63,587 bases of DNA, filler included, from Octopus bimaculoides (GCF_001194135.2; 6 parts of 5 records of this genome joined end to end with filler, not necessarily neighbours in it), one strand, 5' to 3'; counted from the whole stretch's first letter, positions 12,573 through 25,690 are shown. Numbers and translations are program-made. Notes: generated by a model from the letters alone, not told the origin.

Positions 12573-13151
12573 TTTGCCGAGAACTGCATTATATTTCTTT
12601 TTCACTCCATAAACGCCACTTTGGATCTCAGCTCAACGGCCATTGTTCTCATACGATGGTCAGTGACTTCAGACACACTGTACTTTTAAACACACACACA
12701 CACACACACACACACGCCGCATTCTCATTGATATATTGAGCCTACTTTTCTTCAACTGATGATATAGAAACAAAATAAATGTGTTTCTGCCTTAAAACCT
12801 TGTAAGCAGTAAAATCTAAAACACACAAAAAGCAAAATCACACCTTTGTTTAAATAAATCTGAAGGTACAAGCCAAAAAATATTGTACGATGAACTCGCC
12901 GCTCATTAATACGCCACTGCTGTCATCAATGGGTCTCATAAATGTCGATTATACCGAACAGAGAAAACATCTAACGGAAACCATCAACACACTCTCGCCT
13001 GCACGCGCAACATATATACACATATTCACATACACACATAAACTATATTTCCCCATGCTTCTATGTAGCTTCTTCCCAATGTAACATAACTTATACACAC
13101 ATATACACGCGCATACATACACCTGCAAATCATCCATTGACTATACACGGC

Positions 13152-13265
13152 TCAGTGAAGGCCCCGTGGCTTAATGGTCAGAGTATAACGCTCACGACCG
13201 TAATGTCGTACGTTCGATTCCCGGTGGAGCGTTGTGTCCTTCGGCAAGATTATTTCTCAGTCGGA
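13152..13265 (+). mobile_element. tRNA-derived SINE head (group C), truncated
   Basis: gtggcttaatggtcag A-box, gttcgattccc B-box, then ttgtgtccttcggcaaga. Confidence 0.6.
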
Positions 13266-13489
13266 AGAATACCACCCAACACTTTTTGGGGTTTTTTTCG
13301 AGAGGGTAATGGTTCTGCCAGCTCGCTGCCTTTTTGTTGCAAATTATATCAAAAACACAAAAAGTGGAAAATGCTTTATCATGAGAGTTTGATCATGTGT
13401 CGCAGAAACAATATATTTACATTCTAATCAAAATATGACACAGGTTTCACCTGTTTTAAGTCGATTTAGTCATGCTGTATGCCAACAGG

Positions 13490-13524
<35 letters not shown>

Positions 13525-14091
13525 AATCAAATGAATCTGTTACGGTATCAGTTTAGTAATTTCACATCTTTCTAACAAAATTCCCAAGATGCTGTCCGTT
13601 AATCTCCTTCGGTTAGTTGCTGGGTCGTGAGAGTAGTAGCAAATATTTGCCTTATGTATGCGTATCCATGTATATGAGTGTACGTGTGCGTATGTGTGTG
13701 TGTGTGTATGATTGTATACTTTTGCAAACACACACATACGCATATAACTTCCATCTTATACGTGTTTCCGTTATTGACTTGCGGTACAGTGGGGTACCCG
13801 ACTCGATGACTCCAGGCGAACAAATTGCTCCAGCCTGGAACTTATTACATAGATCTCTTTTGCCGAACCACTGGGTTATGGGGATATAAACAATCCAACA
13901 CCGGTTACAAAGTGGTACCTGGAGGGTGAACAAATGCAAAAACAAAGGCACAAACACACACACATGTATGTGTGTGTGTATATGAAAGCGTATATGTGTG
14001 GCACAGCACGTTTTGTGTGGCACACTTCCTCTTATATCCTTGACACTAATAAAGAAATTACATCATTAGTAGTAGTAGTAGTAGTAGAGTA

Positions 14092-14133
<42 letters not shown>

Positions 14134-15006
14134 AGTAGTAATAGTAGTATTATTAGTGGTGGTGGTGGTGACGTTAGTTCTTGTGAGAAACTTATGCAGA
14201 AACTAAAAATATAGGAAAGTAAATGTAAATCCAGAAAAAAAAAAACAAGAACAAAATTAAAATAAAATGCCGAAGAAACAAACAAGAATAAAAGAAAACA
14301 GAAAACGTAGATTCATAAATATAAAAGAAAATATAAATTTGACACACACCAGTTGTGCTTTAGAAATATATAACGTTTACCAATTGTTTCAATCATTCTT
14401 CTACATCCCCCCCCCTATCAGCTTTAGGTTGTTGTTGTTGTTGTTGTTGCAAAACTTACGTTTGTTCTATTTGTTTTTAGTCATTCTTTGTTATTCTTGC
14501 AAGATTTTTTTTTCTATCCTCAACGCTTTTGTCTTTCTTATTCACGTTGTTGTTGCTGTTTCTTCTGTTTACAGAATGATTTACTTCATTACTTTGCTTA
14601 CTATTTGTTGCGGTGTGCGTGTGCGTGTGTGTGTGTGTGTGTGTCATGGCGGAAGCACAGCTTATATTCTTTTGTCAAAGAAAAGCCTGATTACGCCTAT
14701 ATCACTCCGCTTGCTTTTCTTACGTTCTGATATTTTGACAAACCAGTTCCTTTTACTTTCACTTTTGATTTTCAGAATTTTATTTTCCTTTCTTTTCCTT
14801 CAGCTTTCTTTTTTCTTTTTCATTTTTCGCTGCTTTTATTTTCTGTCTTTTATTTATATTTGAATTTGTTTTATATATATGTATTTTTTTACTTTTCGTT
14901 TATTATATTACATATATTTATTGGTTTTCATATATGTACGCATGGAATTCATATAGACGTACAGGCACTTGAACATATAAGCGCGTATCTTCGTACACAC
15001 ACAGAC

Positions 15007-15093
<87 letters not shown>

Positions 15094-15808
15094 AGGACAG
15101 AGAGAGCGAAAGTTTTGAACATATATGACATAAATACATGCATGTATATATGTGTATGAGTTAGATACAAATGCGTACACGACTGATATATGTTACATAC
15201 ACATATATATGTATTATATATATATATATTATATATACACATACATATATATATGTGTGTGTGTGTGTGTGTATATTTATATATATATATATATATATAT
15301 ATACACTCACACACTCACATTTGAATGATATATACATTGAATATAGATGTGTGTTACATATCGTATACACATATATTTCAACATGTGCGTGTGCGTGTGT
15401 GTGACCAACTTGCGATTGTATGTTTGTGTCTGTGCATGCACATATGTGCGTTCATATATGTGTGTAGGTGCGCCAGGGAGGGAAAGGAGATATCTGCAAC
15501 GTTGCATACAGAGTGATTTTTCTGTTATTTCTTTCACAACCGTTTCCAACTGAAAGTGGGGATTTCATGAAAAAACGATGCCCCACAAATGCAATATTTA
15601 CTGCATCACACTGCACAATGACTTCTAAACAATGCAATAGAATATAGCTGCAATGTACTAATGACATCCAATTTTAGTCAGTATGGACGCAAGGTTGTTT
15701 CCGTTTATGTCTGTGCGTATGTCTGTATCAATATATTGCATGTACATGCACACGCATACATACACACACACACAGACGCACGCACACATGCACACGCACA
15801 GCACATAT

Positions 15809-15945
15809 GGAGTGGCTGTGTGGTAAGTAGCTTGCTCACCAACCACATGGTACCTTGGGCCCCTGTGTCTTCTACTATAGCCTCGGACCATCCAAAGCCT
15901 TGTGAATGGATTTGGTGGACAGAAACTGAAAGAAGACCGTCGTAA

Positions 15946-16044
<99 letters not shown>

Positions 16045-16185
16045 ACCCCCCACCATCGATTGAAAACCGATAGAATAAGTACTAGTCTTACAAAGAATAA
16101 GTTCTGGGGTCGATTTGCTCGACTAAAGGCGGTGCTGCAGCATGGCCGCAGTCAAATGACTGAAACAAATAAAAGAATAAGAATA
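15809..16185 (+). mobile_element. SINE family B, complete, with internal (TG)n microsatellite
   Basis: Head ggagtggctgtgtggtaag...gaaactgaaagaagaccgtcg, then (TA)(TG)n, then tail ...aagaataagttctggggtcgatttgctcgactaaaggcggtgctgcagcatggccgcagtc. Both parts recur many times in the window. Confidence 0.8.
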
Positions 16186-16213
16186 GAATACATATATATA
16201 TATATTTATATGT

Positions 16214-16246
<33 letters not shown>

Positions 16247-17479
16247 CATATATATGTATGTATGTATGTATGTATATATATACTCTCATATATGTATGTA
16301 CATGTGTGGTGCATGCGTAACTAAAAGTGCGATGCGTGTGAGACAGAGAGATAGAGAGATAGAGAGATAGAGAGAGAGAGAAAGAAAGAAAGTGTAAGAA
16401 CAGCATGCAACAAGCCTATACCAAGAAAATGAAAGTATGGCTGCATACATACATGCGTTTGACTGCATATATCTCCTTAGATACGTACATGCTTGTTTAA
16501 CTCAAAGTTGTTTTTCTGATTACATGAGCATATGATATATGAGTGTGTACGTGTGTTTAATATGTATATATATATAATTGCATGCATGCGTATATATATA
16601 TATATATATATATATACACGCACATACATTTTTTTTATCTTTGTTTCATGTTCGTCATTCCATCGTGTTTGTTGTTTTCTTATTCCTATTTTACATCTTT
16701 TTATTTTTTCTATCTTCTGCGTCTTCCCATTATTTGTTTTTCCTTTAATCTGTTTTGATTTCCATTGAATCGCTCGCTTCTGTTCACCCCTGATTGACAA
16801 TCAGCTCTCTACTGACCGAACACTTCAATAGAGGAAGGACATGCATGGCGTCTGAGATATATTTAATTTCTAGGCGTCTCTCTTTCATCCTACACTAAAC
16901 AAATGTACAATCTCAAGCACTGACCTAGTAATTCACCAATCCCTACATTTGCATAAACCACAACGGCAGAGTTTTTCTCAGGTCACAATGAAGCCAAATT
17001 TTTTGGCATTTATTCATACATGTACAACTTTGTAAGCAGGTGCGAATATTTCTTATGGTAGGCAGGTATATGATTTACCAGTTTTAGTTATTTTCGGGTT
17101 TATTGGAATCGAATCAAATCTAAACAATAAGTTTCTCCAAAATGCCTCTCCATAGCAACTCACTATAAAACCTAATTGCCACCCCCACTCAAACCCACAC
17201 ACCCAACGAAGATTTTCACTCAGCAGAGACTAGAGAAAGCCAAGGTAAACTTCAATGCATGGCAGCCCAACGATAGCACCACAGGCCGAAACTTCGAAGT
17301 CGCAGTCAGTTATACACGTGTATATGCGCGCGCGCGCGCGTGTGTATACACATATTTTCAGCTCTTTCGCCCGCTGCTAAAGGTAACAATATTATGTAAA
17401 AGCAGCATCGAGGGCACTCATTACTGGTGATATATGTGGAGTGCGGTGTGTGAGTCTGTGTTTCCAGCTATCTATCTAC

Positions 17480-17535
<56 letters not shown>

Positions 17536-18751
17536 TTATACATACATACACACATATATATATATATATATATATNNNNNNNNNNNNNNNNNNNNNNNNN
17601 NNNNNNNNNNNNNNNNNNNNNNNNNNNNNNNNNNNNNNNNNNNNNNNNNNNNNNNNNNNNNNNNNNNNNNNNNNNNNNNNNNNNNNNNNNNNNNNNNNNN
17701 NNNNNNNNNNNNNNNNNNNNNNNNNNNNNNNNNNNNNNNNNNNNNNNNNNNNNNNNNNNNNNNNNNNNNNNNNNNNNNNNNNNNNNNNNNNNNNNNNNNN
17801 NNNNNNNNNNNNNNNNNNNNNNNNNNNNNNNNNNNNNNNNNNNNNNNNNNNNNNNNNNNNNNNNNNNNNNNNNNNNNNNNNNNNNNNNNNNNNNNNNNNN
17901 NNNNNNNNNNNNNNNNNNNNNNNNNNNNNNNNNNNNNNNNNNNNNNNNNNNNNNNNNNNNNNNNNNNNNNNNNNNNNNNNNNNNNNNNNNNNNNNNNNNN
18001 NNNNNNNNNNNNNNNNNNNNNNNNNNNNNNNNNNNNNNNNNNNNNNNNNNNNNNNNNNNNNNNNNNNNNNNNNNNNNNNNNNNNNNNNNNNNNNNNNNNN
18101 NNNNNNNNNNNNNNNNNNNNNNNNNNNNNNNNNNNNNNNNNNNNNNNNNNNNNNNNNNNNNNNNNNNNNNNNNNNNNNNNNNNNNNNNNNNNNNNNNNNN
18201 NNNNNNNNNNNNNNNNNNNNNNNNNNNNNNNNNNNNNNNNNNNNNNNNNNNNNNNNNNNNNNNNNNNNNNNNNNNNNNNNNNNNNNNNNNNNNNNNNNNN
18301 NNNNNNNNNNNNNNNNNNNNNNNNNNNNNNNNNNNNNNNNNNNNNNNNNNNNNNNNNNNNNNNNNNNNNNNNNNNNNNNNNNNNNNNNNNNNNNNNNNNN
18401 NNNNNNNNNNNNNNNNNNNNNNNCATGTTGTTTTAGTACTTAGGAAGAATTGTTTTCTGATTGTGTTTTGTGTTATGAGTATAATATTTTTGCTTGTGTA
18501 TATACACACACAGACACACACACACACAGACACACATATTCAAAAAGAAATGCGGACGTGTACATACGCACAAGCAAACATATACATATCTACAAATGCA
18601 CACACGTAAGTACATACATAAATACAGTTATACATACACATACTTGCACACACATACATACATACATACATACATACATACATAAACACACACATACACA
18701 TACAAACATACATAGCTGCCAAGGATGCGGTGTTGTGATTTTAAATTCCAG

Positions 18752-18940
18752 ATTATATTTCTCTGGCAATCCTCCAATTGTGTCTTCACCAGAAACCTTA
18801 TCACAAGACTTCCACTTATATACACACTTGTTTTGATCCAGTTTCAGACAAGAATAGATCGCGAGATCGATGGTTCGATATTGACTCATACAAATTATTT
18901 TGGCCCACTTTGTTGGTGGTGCATATACGGCTGAGTGTCT
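18752..18940 (+). CDS. Candidate internal coding exon (189 bp, phase 1-1), product unknown
   Basis: Acceptor ttttaaattccag and donor gtgagt. Open frame (x)YISLAILQLCLHQKPYHKTSTYIHTCFDPVSDKNRSRDRWFDIDSYKLFWPTLLVVHIRLSV. Non-repetitive island between microsatellites. No family recognised. Confidence 0.35.
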
Positions 18941-19083
18941 GTGAGTGCGGATGATTCATACATTTATATGGCTGCGTGTGTATTTATATATAAGTATATG
19001 TGTGTGTGTGTGCATATGTGTATGTGTGCATGTGTGCATATATATATATATACTTCTATATAAATATATAACTCATACGCACT

Positions 19084-19138
<55 letters not shown>

Positions 19139-19238
19139 NNNNNNNNNNNNNNNNNNNNNNNNNNNNNNNNNNNNNNNNNNNNTTAATTAATTAANNNNNN
19201 NNNNNNNNNNNNNNNNNNNNNNNNNNNNNNNNNNNNNN
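19139..19238. other. Artificial scaffold linker
   Basis: 44N-TTAATTAATTAA-44N. Confidence 0.97.
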
Positions 19239-19305
19239 AACCAGGGATCAACTTTAGTATTTAGAGGGTCCGTGAAAAAATATGGATCCCGTTTGAGAAC
19301 CACTG
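19239..19305. mobile_element. hAT-like MITE right end, truncated by the scaffold edge
   Basis: gtttgagaaccactg TIR followed by atgtagag. Same TIR class as 9958 and 43264. Confidence 0.55.
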
Positions 19306-19417
19306 ATGTAGAGTCGTCATTATTTTTGGGGGGAAGAAATCGATAATTCCTAAACTGGTCAAAGTCAGCTGACTACAAATCAATAAATAATTTCTTTTCT
19401 ATTTGGTTTGCAAGATT

Positions 19418-19653
19418 CTTATTTCTTTATTGCCCACAAAGGGGCTAAACATAGAGGGGACAAACAAGGACAGACAAAGGGATTAAGTCGATTAGATCGA
19501 CCCCAGTGTTTCACTGGTACTTAATTTATCGACCCCGAAAGGATGAAAGGCAAAGTTGACCTCGGCGGAATTTGAACTTAAAACGTAAAGACAGACGAAA
19601 TACCGCTAAGCATTTCGCCCGGCATGCTAACGATTCTGCCTGCTCACCGCCCT
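19418..19653 (-). mobile_element. tRNA-derived SINE family A, full length
   Basis: Close reverse complement of 35934-36167, including the tail ccctctatgtttagccccttgtg.gcaataaagaaataag. Confidence 0.85.
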
Positions 19654-20368
19654 TTCCAGATCGCCGCCCTTGATGTGAACTCGTGCGTTGAAACATATTT
19701 TGTCGTATCGCGGAAGAGTCACTATAACAATAATAAACACACACACTAGCTCTATTTAACTTGTAACGAACTAATATATATATTTGTCTTTGCTGAAGAC
19801 TGTTGTCGCGTGTTGTTTGTGAGAAAGATTGATGTGTCATTTTTAAATAAATGTAAGATCAGGCTGGCCGCATGAAATATAACAAAATCAAACTAGCGAA
19901 CGTTCAACAGCTCTATTTAATGGCTGCTAGTAGAGCCGTGTGGTTGAGATGTTTACTACCGCAACGACATGCTTCCGGGTACGATTCAACTCCACGGGAC
20001 CATAACCGGGAAATGATCTATTCTTCAGTAACTACCCCCAACAAGATGAAAATTTGAACGATCTGCTGATTGCATTTCCCAGCTTGTTCAATGTCGTACA
20101 ATTTTGTGAACGCCAAGCAACGTGCTCAAAGGAATTCCACCCACGATCATCGCGCCAGAGTAGGAAGATGTCTCAAACTACTTTATTGAATGTGCCCTTA
20201 AGATCGTAACGCAAAATTCGATGAAGATTTAGCTACAATTTCTAGCAATATTACAAGACTCCTAGAAGCTTCCTCAGTGGCGTAGCCAGAGCATGTGCCT
20301 GTGTCACCAATTGCAGCCCAGTTGACCACAAAAATGTGAGCTCCATAAAAACGTCACCCGGGGCAGAC

Positions 20369-20427
<59 letters not shown>

Positions 20428-21228
20428 ATCTATCTCACCCCACCCCCGCCGCTCTTCTTCCTTATCTTATTATTTATTGTTTTCCTGTCAGTGTCAGCAG
20501 CACCAGTACTTTTATTGTGTTACTTTCTTAGGTCTGTGGGAGAATGTATTTTTATGCGTGGTCAGTTCTTTTGTTCTGTTTGCACTGTGTATTATTTTAT
20601 GTTCCGTTTCTATTTCCGTTTTCTCAGTTGTTTATTGTTTATCATAAATCAATGTATATGTGCTTAGATGCAGTCTTACAACTCTGATATTGCCCGTACG
20701 TCTCCCGCTGTCATGTCTCTTATTATGGTTTTAGTGTGTGTTGTATATATAACAAGACTGGCTTTATAGTATACGTGTATAGTACACGTGTTTTGTACTT
20801 TGGGTAGTCGTCCTTCCAATAGTTTCCTTTGTATGTTGATTAGTGGCGGCTCGTGTATAGGCCTTACCGAACTGCAGCACTCCCTATTTCCACTCGATAT
20901 TATCGACAGCATTCAATATAATAAGTCCTTTTTTTCTTTAATTCTTTCTTTATACTTGTACATTATATAATCCTTAACCTTAATGTCAGCAGCCATCCCC
21001 TAGTTTATGAAAAAAATATAAAAAAACCTTGCATAGAACTGTGCGCTTCCTAGTTCCAGCGACGCGGTGTTTGGCTGTTATGCGCATGCTCACAGGTCCG
21101 AGATAGAAAGCTGCACGCTAGGGAGAGAGAACACTGTCATGCACGTAGTATCGACTCTGATGTACTGGTGAAATGTAATACTTCTTTTTGATTCCGCGTG
21201 TGTTGATCTTTGTTGTTGTTGTTGTTGA

Positions 21229-21271
<43 letters not shown>

Positions 21272-21563
21272 TATCATAACCAGAGTACTGTTTCTTCTAT
21301 TGAAATGCTTTTATAAATTTGTGTGGGAAATCGTTTTGCATATCATCGGTCCTTTTGTCTTGATTCCATTGTATATCCGGTTTATGTTCCATTTCTGCTT
21401 CCAGTTCATTGTATTATCCTAAATCCATGGCAAGGCGGTGAACTGACAGTTACTGGGGTTGATTTAGTAAACTTCCCCTCCCTTTCAAATTTTAGTCCAT
21501 ATGCCAATAGTAGAAAGGATTATCATTATCATAATCGTCATCATCATCATGATCATCATCATG

Positions 21564-21605
<42 letters not shown>

Positions 21606-22092
21606 GAGTGAGAGAGCAGTCCCTGCCATCAAAGTAACACGGGTAAAATATATGAAGCCCATTATATCCATCATGGCTACCCGTCTGATAAGGGTACACC
21701 AGGCACATGCATCACAACCATATGTGCGCGACATAGTGATCTCATATCAAGATAAACAGCGCATGACCTCGCAGGTGGGGCCCAGTTAGAATTTTCTTCA
21801 GGTCGGGTAGCCCATCCCACTCAAAAGGTCCCTGAATAAGGTTTGTTTAAGGATGTTGAGCAAAACACACATGTTTCCAAATGTGAATTAATCAAACCCC
21901 TAAGAATTCCTCTCAACACATGGCTATGATGCTCCCCCACTACTTCTGCTCATGATCAGGGATGCACATATCGTCAGCTTCCAAGGGATTTGCTCAACTG
22001 GTTAAGGTCAAACAACTGACAAGCAAATCTGTGGTATTAAGCAGAATATTTGCTGTAGCCCATCTTTTATACCAAGACAAAACAATGTACAT
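21606..22092 (-). mobile_element. Non-coding interspersed repeat bounded by (TAA)n; possible non-autonomous retroelement
   Basis: Its first ~100 bp recur at 27743-27825, also between (ATT)n runs. No ORF. Confidence 0.6.
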
Positions 22093-22107
22093 TTATTATT
22101 ATTATTG

Positions 22108-22154
<47 letters not shown>

Positions 22155-22360
22155 AAGTTGCCGAGTTGGCAGAATCGTTGACACACCGGGCAAAATGCTT
22201 AGCGGCGTTTTGTCTGTCTATACGTTCTGAGTTCAAATTCCGCCGAGGTCGACTTTGCCGTTCATCCTCAATAAAGTAGTTACCAGTTCAGCACCGGGGC
22301 CGATGTCATCGGCTACGCCCCCTCCTCCGAAATTGCTGATCTTGTGCCAAAATTTAAAAC
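22155..22360 (+). mobile_element. SINE family A
   Basis: gagttggcagaatcgtt...gagttcaaattccgccgaggtcgactttgcc. Confidence 0.8.
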
Positions 22361-22465
22361 TATTATTATTATTATCATTGTTCAGCATTTCGTAGTTTCA
22401 GGCAATTTTCTACTGCATCACCTGTTACACCTCCGTGTTGGTAGGGTGTGAGCAGTGTATGTATG

Positions 22466-22516
<51 letters not shown>

Positions 22517-23483
22517 NNNNNNNNNNNNNNNNNNNNNNNNNNNNNNNNNNNNNNNNNNNNNNNNNNNNNNNNNNNNNNNNNNNNNNNNNNNNNNNNNNNN
22601 NNNNNNNNNNNNNNNNNNNNNNNNNNNNNNNNNNNNNNNNNNNNNNNNNNNNNNNNNNNNNNNNNNNNNNNNNNNNNNNNNNNNNNNNNNNNNNNNNNNN
22701 NNNNNNNNNNNNNNNNNNNNNNNNNNNNNNNNNNNNNNNNNNNNNNNNNNNNNNNNNNNNNNNNNNNNNNNNNNNNNNNNNNNNNNNNNNNNNNNNNNNN
22801 NNNNNNNNNNNNNNNNNNNNNNNNNNNNNNNNNNNNNNNNNNNNNNNNNNNNNNNNNNNNNNNNNNNNNNNNNNNNNNNNNNNNNNNNNNNNNNNNNNNN
22901 NNNNNNNNNNNNNNNNNNNNNNNNNNNNNNNNNNNNNNNNNNNNNNNNNNNNNNNNNNNNNNNNNNNNNNNNNNNNNNNNNNNNNNNNNNNNNNNNNNNN
23001 NNNNNNNNNNNNNNNNNNNNNNNNNNNNNNNNNNNNNNNNNNNNNNNNNNNNNNNNNNNNNNNNNNNNNNNNNNNNNNNNNNNNNNNNNNNNNNNNNNNN
23101 NNNNNNNNNNNNNNNNNNNNNNNNNNNNNNNNNNNNNNNNNNNNNNNNNNNNNNNNNNAGAGAAAGAGAGGAAATACGAGGGGGAAAAAGAGATACGTAG
23201 TAGTAACAGAGGAAGAACGAGAGGGGTAAAGCGAGATACGTAGTAGTACAGAGGAAGAACGAGGGGGGGGGGAGAAGGAAAGAGATAGAGTAGCGTCGGA
23301 GGATATGAGTTACGAAAACTACTTACATTTGGAAGACGCTGCGTTCAATCATGTAAAAACAAATAGTAAATGAGTACATGCATATATACGTACAGGTATG
23401 TATATACCGACATCCACCTGTATGTATAGGTGCATATCTGGTTACAGGACATTAAACACACACACATACATACTCACACACAC

Positions 23484-23534
<51 letters not shown>

Positions 23535-23705
23535 TACATATATATATCTATACACATGTAAACACACACACATAAATACATGCATACACGCATACACGCA
23601 CATACACACGTATATGTGCCCATGCACACATCATTGTGTTCATGTGCACATACATACGAGTGACAACTAACTGATTGTCCTATATTATATATATATATTT
23701 ATATT

Positions 23706-23832
<127 letters not shown>

Positions 23833-24392
23833 ATATATGTATATCAGGCACGTGCCGTCAGTAATCACTCAGATTAGGCAGTTGGTGACGTTTATGTAGT
23901 AAAACACACACACAAAAAAAAGCGAAACATAGGCGCGCGATTAAGTTGGAGGCAGATTTACTTCTGCCTTTATAGTACGTAAAGAAAACGTTGTTGTAGG
24001 AATGTATGCAGGACGTGTACTAAAGCAGTACTATGTGTAGCTTTAATACTGAGATTGAAAGGCAGGGGCGAATTATGCCTACCTAATCTACAAAAAAATT
24101 TAATATTTTGTATTTTATGCATAGTAATCTGAGCAACCTTCATAATTTTATTGAATTTGGTGCATATTTTGCCATATTTTGCCATATTTTTCCATACATA
24201 CATACATAGAGTAAATCCCAAAAGAACAAACAACACAAAAAAAACAGAGCAACGTGAGGACGTGATACCTGTAATGTATTAACAGACGCTCAGGGAAGGA
24301 AAGAAAGATGGTTTAACATATTTATATAATTGTTAAAGATGACTCCAAACGTTTAGGTAAGGCAAATATCATTATTACAGGAAAAAATTCAA

Positions 24393-24450
24393 TGTCTTAC
24401 AGCTGTTTCTGTAATATCCCATAGCATGGGATATTCCGTCATCAGTGACA
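24393..24450 (-). ncRNA. Minimal type I hammerhead ribozyme candidate (Penelope-like element type)
   Basis: Minus strand reads tgtca-CTGATGA-cgg aatatcccat gct atgggatatt aca-GAAA-CAG CTG-TA/agaca. The core is intact. Stem II has a perfect 10-bp inner helix, stem III is the palindrome ACAGCTGT, the cleavage triplet is GUA, and stem I is tgtc/gaca. Confidence 0.7.
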
Positions 24451-24984
24451 AATAGGGAAAATAAGAAGGGTATAGATTAATGGACTTTGAATTCTTTCCA
24501 ATAATAATAATGCATATGACGTGAGACGTTTGCCTTACTTTAACGTCTGTTGTCCTCTTTAACAATTATATATCCGCTATATCAGAAATCTGCAATGGCT
24601 CCATAACTACCATCTAGGCTATAACCGTGAAGCCGTGGTAATCCGTTACAGCATTTATCTAGCGTATCTAATCCTTTAGATCAACTGTGAACTAAACCAC
24701 TCGTGTTGATGTTTTTTCTTGTTTGTTCATGTTTGAATTGAGTGTATGTTTGAATTGAGTATATATATATATATATATTGTTGCATGTCTCGTTTCTCTC
24801 TTTGTTTTTTTCGTTGTTTGAAAAACGTTCGTTTTCTGTTTTCGTTTTTATGTTTTCGTTTCTCATTGTGTTTAACGTTTTTCTTGATGTCCTGTACCCA
24901 TGTATGCATGTATGTATGCACATAGATGTAGGTATGTACATATATGTATGGATAATATTTTGCTTATTATTTTCTCCTCAACAG

Positions 24985-25068
24985 ATGGCTGGCACCAGAA
25001 AGAATGTGAGAACGTTATACTATTCGGGGAAAGCGCTGAGCTCACAGAAATCCAAGAAACATTATTGT
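24985..25068 (+). CDS. Candidate internal coding exon (84 bp), product unknown
   Basis: Strong acceptor ttattattttctcctcaacag and consensus donor gtaagt; length divisible by 3. Open as phase 1 (x)GWHQKECENVILFGESAELTEIQETLL and as phase 0 MAGTRKNVRTLYYSGKALSSQKSKKHYC. Confidence 0.45.
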
Positions 25069-25519
25069 GTAAGTTAAAGTTTATTTTTTGCTTGGGCCGT
25101 CTGCACTTATTCGAAGGCGATGGCAAGGATGGAATGCGGATTATGTATTGGACTACTAAGATATAGGTGATGATGTTTAAGTCAGCTGAGATTTCTTTTT
25201 TGTCGTTCAATCAAAGGTGGATTCTGACTGAACACACCAACAATCAATGGCTTTCTACATTTCAGTAATATTGTACCACGGGCTGCATAATTCGATGATC
25301 CCTTATTTCCTTATTCTTTGTTAATGATATATGTATATTTATATATTTATACACACACTCACACACACACATACACACATGTCTATATGTATATATAAAT
25401 TACATACATATATATATATACAAAGACACACGCACACACACACACACACACACATACACACATGCATACACAAACACACAGACACAGAAACACGCGCATA
25501 CACATGATGGGATTCAACA

Positions 25520-25690
25520 TATGAAGAGGTACTGAAAAGTTCCAGGCTTTGGGTAACAGAAAATACAGGAAGATCAGTGAATTATGATTTTATTCAACAT
25601 ATTCCTCTCTGAGATTCACACACTCATTGCAGCGGTCCTTCAGTTTTTCTAAGCCCTGCGAAAGAACTCGGAAGGTTGGGCCTCCAGGCA
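25520..25690 (+). mobile_element. Mariner-like transposon 5' end fragment
   Basis: gaggtactgaaaagttccaggctttggg...ttttattcaacatattcc matches the left end of the MITE at 50024. Confidence 0.6.

Noticed and set aside
14267-14863. 198-aa hydrophobic ORF resembling a membrane protein
   Set aside because: Built from T-rich low-complexity sequence and (GTT)n/(GT)n repeats; no domain motif or splice support.
17472-18533. Long ORFs containing X runs (also 22435, 25768, 41064, 46185, 51968, 55686)
   Set aside because: They are open only because N gaps contain no stop codons.
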